Source: an uncultured Actinomycetes bacterium
Lineage (GTDB): Bacteria; Actinomycetota; Acidimicrobiia; IMCC26256; PALSA-610
Direction: 5' to 3'
NCBI GenBank assembly: GCA_963812205.1
Contig: CAWEUJ010000004.1
Coordinates: 984,496-1,048,495, forward strand
DNA: 64,000 nucleotides
The notes under the pieces are model-generated. The model was not told where the DNA came from and made no database searches. It saw only the letters and a list, made by a program, of their open reading frames with translations. The position numbers and the translations under genes were made by a program. Of this stretch, positions 38,082 to 45,639 are shown piece after piece; position 1 is the first letter of the stretch, and each line of letters begins with the position of its first letter.

Positions 38082-39353
38082 GTGGAGGAGCAGCGGCGCC
38101 AGGTCGTCATCTCGACCGACGGCCACGCGGGCGCCGACCTGTGGGACTACAAGCCTTACCTCGAGAGCCGGTACCACGAGCAGTTCGACGCTTGGGCAAG
38201 CACTTTCCACGACGCGTGGGCCGAGGACACCGATCAGGCGCGCCCGTTGAATCACCGGCTTGGAGTCGCGTCGGCGACCGCGCCGCTCAACTGGGATGCC
38301 GAGATGCGTCTCGAGTACCTCGACGGTCAGGGCATCGCCGCCGAAGTGCTCTTCCCGAATACCGCGCCGCCGTTCTACCCGTCGGGCGCCCTTACGTCGC
38401 CGGGCCCGCGTTCGAGCGAGGAGTTCGAACTGCGATTCGCGGGACTGCGCGCCCACAACCGCTGGATCGCCGATTTCTGCAGTGAGGCGCCGAACCGATG
38501 GGCCGGGTTCGCGCAGGTCTTTCTCGATGACATCGACGCCGCGGTGGCAGAAGTTCGGTGGGCGAAGGAAGCGGGCCTCCGGGGCGTTCTCCTCCCGAGC
38601 GACCACGTGCTGAAGATGGCGAACCTGTATTACCCGCACCTCGACCCGCTGTGGGCCGCTTGTGCGGAGGTGGAACTGCCCGTGCATCGACACGCGAGCT
38701 TCCCGACCGAGTCCGTGCGCGACGGTGGGAACGCGTCGGCACTTATCGGTATGCTCGAAACGCAGTTCTACATCCTCCGTTCGATAGGGCACATGATCTT
38801 GTCGGGTGCGTTCGAACGCCACCCGGACCTGATGTTTGTCATCACTGAGATCACCGCCGCGTCGGAAATCCCCGCCTATCTCATGCGGCTCGACGGCATG
38901 GCGGGGATGGGCCTCGGCGCGGGCACGCCGCTCTACGAGCACATCAAGGATGCGGCCGCTGCACTGCACCGCAAACCGAGCGAGTACTTCGCGACGAATT
39001 GCTACGTCGCGGGTCCGACTCACGATCTTCGCGCCGCCTTCGATCTCGGAACGCCGAACATCATGTGGGGTGCAGACGTTCCGCACGCCGAAGGCACGAG
39101 CCCCTTCACGCTCGAGGTTCTACGAACGACGATGCACGACCTCCCGGACACGGACATCACCGCATTGCTCTCGACCCGCGCGGCCGACGTCTACGGTTTC
39201 GACCTCGATGCGTTGCAAGCGGTGGCCGACCGGATCGGGCCGACGCTCGAGGAGATCAAGACGCCGCTCCCGCCGGAGCAGCGCCCGCGCTTTCCCGAAG
39301 ACACGCGGTGCACAGTCTTCCTGGATCGCACGGCGATGGCCGGCTCCCGGTGA
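38082..39353 (+). CDS. amidohydrolase-2 (PF04909-like) family protein
   Basis: GTG 38082 follows GCGAGG. Motifs are VVISTDGHAG, FPNT and a C-terminal IMWGADVPHAEG. The tracked start at 38043 lies inside the operator. Confidence 0.8.
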   Translation: MEEQRRQVVISTDGHAGADLWDYKPYLESRYHEQFDAWASTFHDAWAEDTDQARPLNHRLGVASATAPLNWDAEMRLEYLDGQGIAAEVLFPNTAPPFYPSGALTSPGPRSSEEFELRFAGLRAHNRWIADFCSEAPNRWAGFAQVFLDDIDAAVAEVRWAKEAGLRGVLLPSDHVLKMANLYYPHLDPLWAACAEVELPVHRHASFPTESVRDGGNASALIGMLETQFYILRSIGHMILSGAFERHPDLMFVITEITAASEIPAYLMRLDGMAGMGLGAGTPLYEHIKDAAAALHRKPSEYFATNCYVAGPTHDLRAAFDLGTPNIMWGADVPHAEGTSPFTLEVLRTTMHDLPDTDITALLSTRAADVYGFDLDALQAVADRIGPTLEEIKTPLPPEQRPRFPEDTRCTVFLDRTAMAGSR

Positions 39354-39367
39354 GAAGTGTCGCGAAA

Positions 39368-39385
39368 GTGGCAGACGACTGTCAT
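39368..39385. promoter_or_regulatory. cluster operator motif, copy 6: GTGGCA GACGAC TGTCAT (reverse complement ATGACA GTCGTC TGCCAC)
   Basis: It lies 42 nt upstream of ATG 39427, at the head of a ten-gene unit. Confidence 0.65.
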
Positions 39386-39426
39386 TATCTGATACCGTCG
39401 ATGCGGAACGCGTGAGGAGGACGGCG

Positions 39427-40638
39427 ATGCAATACAAGGCCATTTCCGCGGACGGCCACGTCAACGAGCCACCGAACCTGTGGGTCGAGAACCTGCCGCC
39501 GAGCATGCGCGAGCGCGGCCCTCACGTGATCGAGACACCCAAGACCAAGGGTCACGCCTGGATCATGGAGGGCCAGACGCGCCCCTCGCCGATGGGTTTC
39601 AACTCGATGTACTTCCGCTCCGCGAAGCGGTTCGACCGCGCGTCGCTCGTCGAGGGATTCAAACAGATCAAGGATCGTGGCGTCCGCTACGAAGACGTCT
39701 TCCCGGGTTCGTACGATCCGGCGGCACGTGTCGAAGAGATCACCGAAGACAAGACCGACGCCGAGGTCATCTTCAACGGGGTCGGCACGGTGTGGAACGG
39801 CATCAAGTTGTGCCCGGACAAGGAACTCTCGCTCGCCTGCTTCAAGGTCTACAACGACTGGATCGCGAGCTTTCAAGCGCACGCGCCCGAACGGTTCATC
39901 TGTAACGGCACCTTGCCGACGACCGGGTTGGACGACGCACTCGCGGAGCTGCAGCGCTGTGCAGAACTCGGGCTGCGGACTGTGCAGCTCGAGTCGTATC
40001 CCAGTGGCTCGTTCACCGATCCTTCGCCGGAAGACGATCGGTTTTGGGCAGCCGCGGTCGAGATCGGGATGCCGATCAACGTGCACACGCAGTTCTTCTT
40101 TCCCGCCGGCGACCTCGGGTCGAAGATCACGGCCGAGGGCGTGAAGGGCGGACGCGATCGCGCGAAGCGCATGGGCATCGATGTACAGGCCGGCAGCTTC
40201 CCCGTGATCCTGTGGCGCATGATGCAGTCGGGTGTCTTCGAGCGGTTCCCCGACCTGGCGTTCGTCGGCACCGAAGTCCACACGGGCTGGGTTCCGTACT
40301 ACCTCGAACAGTTCGACGATTCGGTCCTGCGTAACCGCAAGGATTGGGGCCTTCCGCTCCTGCCGAGCGAATACTTCCGACGCAACGTGTCGGTCGTGTA
40401 CATCGCCGACGAAGTCGGCGCGCACAACCGTTACGACATCGGCGTCGGCAACATCATGTGGGGCCCGGACTTCCCGCACTCCTCGTCGGCGTGGCCGGTC
40501 GACTACGAACTGGGCCGCGAGATCCTCGAACGCGCAGGGTGCACCGAAAGCGAGATCGAGCGCATCATGTGGAAGAACGCGGCCGACCTCTACAAGCTTC
40601 CGTACGACGCGCCCGGCACCGCCCGCGTCGCTGCCTGA
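39427..40638 (+). CDS. amidohydrolase-2 (PF04909-like) family protein
   Basis: ATG follows GAGGAGG. The N-terminus is AISADGHVNEP and the C-terminus is IMWGPDFPHSSS. Confidence 0.8.
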   Translation: MQYKAISADGHVNEPPNLWVENLPPSMRERGPHVIETPKTKGHAWIMEGQTRPSPMGFNSMYFRSAKRFDRASLVEGFKQIKDRGVRYEDVFPGSYDPAARVEEITEDKTDAEVIFNGVGTVWNGIKLCPDKELSLACFKVYNDWIASFQAHAPERFICNGTLPTTGLDDALAELQRCAELGLRTVQLESYPSGSFTDPSPEDDRFWAAAVEIGMPINVHTQFFFPAGDLGSKITAEGVKGGRDRAKRMGIDVQAGSFPVILWRMMQSGVFERFPDLAFVGTEVHTGWVPYYLEQFDDSVLRNRKDWGLPLLPSEYFRRNVSVVYIADEVGAHNRYDIGVGNIMWGPDFPHSSSAWPVDYELGREILERAGCTESEIERIMWKNAADLYKLPYDAPGTARVAA

Positions 40639-40639
40639 T

Positions 40640-41824
40640 ATGGCCGGGAACAACGTGTACAACCTGATCTCGTCGGAAGCGCACGTCGTCGAGCCCCCGG
40701 ACCTCTTCGAGGCCGGTCTTTCGTCGAAGCTGCGCGACCGCGCGCCGAAGTTCGTCACAAGCGACGGCGCGAGCATGTGGCACGTCGACGGCTTCGAGCC
40801 GGTGCCGCTGATGCCGACGACCGCGACCGGATCCGGGTGGCATCGGGCCGCGAACGGCCTTACGGCCACCGGCCCGGTGTCATGGGACGATGTGCTGCCG
40901 TCGATGTACGACCCGGCCGAGCGAGTCCGCGCGCAGAAGTCCGACAGCGTCGACGCCGAGTTCCTCTATCCGACGCCGAGCCTGTGGGACTCGATCAAGC
41001 AGATCGAGGACGCTGAACTTCAGTACGCGCTGGTGCGCGCGTACAACGACTGGCTCGCCGAGTTCTGCGCGTACGACTCGGCGCGCTTGTTCGGGCTCGC
41101 GAAGCTGCCGACGACGACACTCGAGGACGCCGTTGCGGAACTGTCGCGTTGCGTGACGGACCTCGGTTTTCGGGGTGCGATCCTCGACGCCTGGCCGAGC
41201 GGTGCTCGCGTGGCGGGCGACCCTTCCGACGAACCGTTCTGGGAAACGGTCAATGCGCTGGCAGTGCCGATCAGCCTTCACTACGGGTTCGGGCCGACCG
41301 AATCGACTGAGCCGCGCTCGGGCATCGCGCCTGGCTTGCGGCCGCCGATGGCCGACTCGCTCCTCCCGATGGTGGCCGGTGGTGTCTTCGACCGGTACCC
41401 CGACGTGAAGATGGTGTTCGCCCACGCCGACGCAGGCTGGGCGCTCCACTGGATGGAGTTCTTCGACATCAACTACGTGCGTCACAAGCACCTTTCGGAA
41501 TACGCGCTGCAGAACGACGACGCCGTTCCCTCCGACTACATGCGAAAGCACGCCTGGTTCACCTTCCATCAGGACCGACCGGCGGTGAAGAACCGCCACC
41601 GCCTCGGCGCCGTCCATCTGATGTGGGGAAGCCATTTCCCGTTCGAGGACTCGAACTGGCCCGACAGTCGGCAGCAGGCGATGCGCGTCACCGACGAAGT
41701 TCCGGCAGCCGACCGCCATGCGTTGTTGGCCGGCAACGTTGCCCGCCTTTACCGGCTCCCGGGATACGAGAAAGGCTTCACCGACGACGAGGTCACGTCG
41801 TTCGAGCAACTCGTGTATTTCTAG
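40640..41824 (+). CDS. amidohydrolase-2 (PF04909-like) family protein
   Basis: The start is 1 nt after the previous stop. The N-terminus is LISSEAHVVEP and the C-terminus is LMWGSHFPFEDS. Confidence 0.8.
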   Translation: MAGNNVYNLISSEAHVVEPPDLFEAGLSSKLRDRAPKFVTSDGASMWHVDGFEPVPLMPTTATGSGWHRAANGLTATGPVSWDDVLPSMYDPAERVRAQKSDSVDAEFLYPTPSLWDSIKQIEDAELQYALVRAYNDWLAEFCAYDSARLFGLAKLPTTTLEDAVAELSRCVTDLGFRGAILDAWPSGARVAGDPSDEPFWETVNALAVPISLHYGFGPTESTEPRSGIAPGLRPPMADSLLPMVAGGVFDRYPDVKMVFAHADAGWALHWMEFFDINYVRHKHLSEYALQNDDAVPSDYMRKHAWFTFHQDRPAVKNRHRLGAVHLMWGSHFPFEDSNWPDSRQQAMRVTDEVPAADRHALLAGNVARLYRLPGYEKGFTDDEVTSFEQLVYF

Positions 41825-41851
41825 GTCGCTGCTGCGACGAGAGGTGATCCG

Positions 41852-42742
41852 GTGAACGCCATCGACGTCGACCCCAAGAAGCTCGAAGTGGTGGCCGCGA
41901 CCTCGGCGCACGCGTACGAGCAGGGCATTGCGCACGTCGAGGCCGAGATCGCCGCTCGAGATCCGAGCAACCTCGGTCCGCTCGTCGGCACGCTCGCATC
42001 CGCAGGCCCATACGCCTACACGCTCATCCCCGAGGTCAGGGCCGATGGTTCGGTTCGCCTCCCTATCTTCACGACGCGCGAAGAGATCCACGAGGCGTAC
42101 ACGTTCATTCGCGGCGCGAGCGATCTGCTCGAAGTCGTCGGTCTCACCGAGATTCGGGGTGCGTGGTACCTGTTCCAGGACAACATCTCGCGCGGTCGTC
42201 GCAAGGGCGGCGACGTCATCAACAACAACGAGACTCTTGCACTGTTTCCGTCGGGTGAAGGCCCCGGCATCAAGGGCGAGTTGGTGTGGCTGCGCGTGCC
42301 CCGCTCGCGCCTCGGTGCCCCCGACGAGGCTGACACCATCGACGACGACCCGTTGCTCGCGCGACGTCAGGTGCAGGAGCAGTACGCGCGCTATCTCGAC
42401 GGGATCCGCGCGAATGATCTCGCGCGTGTGCTCGACGTGCTACACGACGGTGTCGGCTCAGCGGTGCGTGACTACGTTGACGACACCGGCACCCTTGTCG
42501 AACTGACGGGGAAGGATGCGCACCGGTCGTGGTACGAGCGCTTCTTCGGGAAGTACGACGTCGTGTCGGTGCAGCCACTCTGCCAGGTAACCGAGGATTG
42601 GTACGTCTTCGCGGAGTTGCGTATCACAGTGACCCCCCGCGCCGGCGGCGACACGCTCGCCTTCCACACGGCCGAGTTCCACATGCCTGCGAAGGACGGC
42701 CGGTTCATCGCGCGCATCGGCCACGGCACGGAGCCTGCGTGA
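41852..42742 (+). CDS. tandem NTF2-like (SnoaL/ketosteroid-isomerase-like) domain protein
   Basis: 296 aa. The C-terminal half (QEQYARYLDGIRANDLARVLDVLHD...EDWYVFAELRI...KDGRFIARIG) has the cone-fold pattern, and the N-terminal half shows a similar periodicity. The function is unknown. Confidence 0.55.
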   Translation: MNAIDVDPKKLEVVAATSAHAYEQGIAHVEAEIAARDPSNLGPLVGTLASAGPYAYTLIPEVRADGSVRLPIFTTREEIHEAYTFIRGASDLLEVVGLTEIRGAWYLFQDNISRGRRKGGDVINNNETLALFPSGEGPGIKGELVWLRVPRSRLGAPDEADTIDDDPLLARRQVQEQYARYLDGIRANDLARVLDVLHDGVGSAVRDYVDDTGTLVELTGKDAHRSWYERFFGKYDVVSVQPLCQVTEDWYVFAELRITVTPRAGGDTLAFHTAEFHMPAKDGRFIARIGHGTEPA

Positions 42743-43914
42743 GCGATCCGGCACGGTTCCCGCGCGCTCAGGTCGCGATCGTGGGTATCGGCTGCACGGA
42801 GTTCACCAAGGACTCCGGCGTCGGCGTCTTCACGCTTGCTGCGCAAGCGGTGCGGGCCGCGATCGAAGACGCGGGTCTCTCCTTCGCCGATATCGACGGC
42901 CTATGCACGTTTGGTACCAACGACTCGATTCCTCCGAACGTGCTTGCGCAAGCGCTCGGCATCCAGAGTTTGAGCTACTACGTCGACCAGTTCTATGGCG
43001 GCAGCGTGGCGCTCACGATGCTCGGCCAGGCCACGATCGCCCTCTCGGCGGGCGTTGCCGACTGCATCGTTGTCTACCGCGCGCTCAACGGTCGCTCGGG
43101 CGTGCGCAAGCGTGCGGCGGGGGAGGGCAGTCCGCGGCTGCCGTGGGACATGCAGTTCAAGGTCGCGGCCGGTGTCGTCGCACCGTCGCAGGAGATCGCG
43201 ATGGCCGCGCGCGCACACATGCTCAAGTACGGCACGACCAACGAAGACCTCGGCCGCATCGCGGTGTTCAGCCGCACGCACGCGCTCGATAACGAGCGGG
43301 CAATGATGCGCACGCCGATGACGATGGACGACTACCTGGCGAGTCGCTGGATCGTCGAGCCGTTTCGTAAGTTCGATTGTTGCCTCGAAACCGACGGCGG
43401 CGTCGCGGTGGTGCTTGTTCGGGCCGATCGCGCGAAGGATCTCGCACACCGGCCGGTGCTCGTGCAGGGCGCGGCATGGGGCGGCGGAATCACAGTTGTC
43501 AACAACGGCTACCGCGAGTTGACAGAGTCGCCGGCCAAGCCGATTGCCGACCGGCTGTACGCGGCCGCGGGGCTCGGGCCGTCAGATGTCGATTTCGCGG
43601 AGCTGTACGACTGCTTCACGTACAACGTGCTCTCGCAGATCGAGGGCTACGGCTTCGCCGAGCCGGGCACGGTCCCCGGCATGCTGTCCGAGAACGCGTT
43701 CGACCGCGCGACCGGATCGCTGCCGCTGAACACCCACGGCGGGTTGCTCTCGGAGGGCTATATCCACGGAATGAACCATGTGTACGAAGCGGTACAGCAG
43801 ATCCGGGGCGAGGCAGCGCACCGACAAGTAGACCGGCACGATGTCGCGCTGGTCACGGGGCAGCTCGGGTACGTCAGCGGTTACTCCTCGGCAGCGGTGC
43901 TGGTTGGTGCGTGA
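42739..43914 (+). CDS. SCP-x/Ltp-type thiolase-superfamily protein, apparently lacking the nucleophilic Cys (possible aldolase)
   Basis: GTGA overlap with the upstream gene. The thiolase-like N-terminus is VAIVGIGCTEFTK and the C-terminus is NTHGGLLSEGYIHGMNHVYEAVQQIRGEA. The expected CxSG nucleophile region reads QFYGGSVAL. Confidence 0.75.
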   Translation: MSDPARFPRAQVAIVGIGCTEFTKDSGVGVFTLAAQAVRAAIEDAGLSFADIDGLCTFGTNDSIPPNVLAQALGIQSLSYYVDQFYGGSVALTMLGQATIALSAGVADCIVVYRALNGRSGVRKRAAGEGSPRLPWDMQFKVAAGVVAPSQEIAMAARAHMLKYGTTNEDLGRIAVFSRTHALDNERAMMRTPMTMDDYLASRWIVEPFRKFDCCLETDGGVAVVLVRADRAKDLAHRPVLVQGAAWGGGITVVNNGYRELTESPAKPIADRLYAAAGLGPSDVDFAELYDCFTYNVLSQIEGYGFAEPGTVPGMLSENAFDRATGSLPLNTHGGLLSEGYIHGMNHVYEAVQQIRGEAAHRQVDRHDVALVTGQLGYVSGYSSAAVLVGA

Positions 43915-44297
43915 TGCTTCCCGTGCCGGATCTCGACACCGAGTCGTACTGGACGGCGCTCGCGCACGGTCGGTTCGTCATGCAGCACTGTCGCGACTGT
44001 GCGCGGTGGACATGGCCAGCGAGGCCCATGTGCTCCGGCTGTCACGGTGAGAACCTTGCGTGGGAGGAGCCCAATGGAACCGGTGAGGTGTATAGCTGGA
44101 TCGTCACGCACCAGCCGTACGGACCCGACTTCCCGGTTCCATACACTGTCGCGCTCGTCCGCCTCGCCGAGCAGGACGACATCCTGATTCCCGGGCTATT
44201 CGTCGCCGACACGGGAATTCACCAGGGCCTCCGGGTGCGCGCGGTACCCCAACAAAAGACCGACGACATCGGCATTCTCACCTGGGATGTCGCATGA
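43914..44297 (+). CDS. DUF35 OB-fold / zinc-ribbon acyl-CoA-associated protein
   Basis: 127 aa. The Cys4 ribbon is CRDCARWTWPARPMCSGC, followed by the OB-fold (GEVYSWIVTH...YTVALVRL). Confidence 0.8.
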   Translation: MLPVPDLDTESYWTALAHGRFVMQHCRDCARWTWPARPMCSGCHGENLAWEEPNGTGEVYSWIVTHQPYGPDFPVPYTVALVRLAEQDDILIPGLFVADTGIHQGLRVRAVPQQKTDDIGILTWDVA

Positions 44298-45167
44298 AGC
44301 CTTCCGCGTTCGAGTATCACACGCCCGAAAGCATCAGCGACGCGGTGAAATTGCTCTCTGAGTTGGGCGACGGCGCCAAAGTGATCGCCGGCGGACAGAG
44401 CCTGGTGCCGATGATCTCCCTCCGCCTCGCATACTTCGACCACCTCGTCGACATCGGTCGGATCGCCGACCTCCGCGGCATTCGGACCGAGCCGGATGCC
44501 GTCGTCATAGGCGCGACGACGGTCGATGCGGTGGTCGAGCGCGATCCCGACCTCGCCGCGCGCGTACCGCTGCTGGCGCGCGCAACGCCGCTCGTCGGGC
44601 ACTTCCAGATCCGCAACCGGGGCACCGTCGGCGGATCGATCGCGCACGCAGACCCCGCGGCGGAATATCCGGCAGTTGCGTTGACGCTCGACGCTGACAT
44701 CGAAGCGGCATCGCCTCGCGGGTCACGGCTGATACCTGCCCGCCGCGTTCTTCGACGGCATCTGGACGACTGCGCTCGCGCCCGACGAGGTGCTCACGGG
44801 AGTGCGCTTTCCGGTGTGGAGCGGGCGCTGCGGCTTCTCAATTCGGGAGTTCGCACGACGCTTCGGTGACTTCGCCATCGCAGGCGCAACCATCGCCGTG
44901 CAGCTCGACGCCGACGACCGCATCGAACGCTGTGCGGTCGGCATGTTCGGGCTCGGCCCGACGCCATTGCGTGCGGCCGGCGCCGAAGCAGCGGCGTTGG
45001 GACAGAAGGCTGACGTCTCGGCCGCGGAGTTGGGTCGGCTCGCGGTGTCCGACCTCGATGCGATTCCGTCCGATGTGCACGGGTCTGCGGATTACCGCCG
45101 TCGCGTCGGTGCGGCGATGGTGGAACGCGCGTGGAGCGACGCGATCGGGGAGGCAATACGTGGCTGA
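44294..45167 (+). pseudogene. molybdenum hydroxylase (xanthine dehydrogenase/CoxM-type) FAD-binding subunit, +1 frameshift at 44739-44741
   Basis: The N-terminus is FEYHTPESISDAVKLL...AGGQSLVPM...RNRGTVGGSIAHADPAAEYP. After IP, the correct reading AAAFFDGIWTTALAPDEVLTGVRFPVW...SADYRRRV continues in the +1 frame to TGA 45165-45167. Confidence 0.75.
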
Positions 45168-45639
45168 GGTGGAACTGGCGCTGACCGTGAACGGCGAAGC
45201 GACGCACGCTCGCGTCGAACCCCGTGTCACGCTCGCCGACTTCCTGCGCGAGGAATGCAGTCTGACGGGTACTCACCTCGGGTGTGAACATGGGGTGTGC
45301 GGCGCATGTACGGTCCTCGTCGACGGCGCGGCTGTGCGGTCGTGCCTCATGTTTGCAGTCCAGGCGGGCGGCGCCGAGGTGACAACTATCGAGGGCATGA
45401 ACCGCGCCGACGGTGAGCTGAACCAGGTACAAGAAGCCTTCCGCGCCGAACACGGTCTGCAATGCGGGTTCTGCACGCCAGGCTTCGTCGTATCGGTCAC
45501 CGCGTTCCTTCGCGACCACCCGAATCCGAACGACGCCGAGATCAGGGAAGCCCTGTCGGGGAACCTCTGTCGCTGCACTGGATATCAGGGCATCGTCAAC
45601 GCGGTACGGCGCGCGGCCATGACCGGAGCGTCAGAATGA
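45160..45639 (+). CDS. molybdenum hydroxylase small subunit, [2Fe-2S] x2 (CoxS-type)
   Basis: The first cluster is GCEHGVCGACTV and the second is QCGFCTPGF...NLCRCTGY. GTG 45160 follows GGGGAGG. Confidence 0.9.
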   Translation: MAEVELALTVNGEATHARVEPRVTLADFLREECSLTGTHLGCEHGVCGACTVLVDGAAVRSCLMFAVQAGGAEVTTIEGMNRADGELNQVQEAFRAEHGLQCGFCTPGFVVSVTAFLRDHPNPNDAEIREALSGNLCRCTGYQGIVNAVRRAAMTGASE

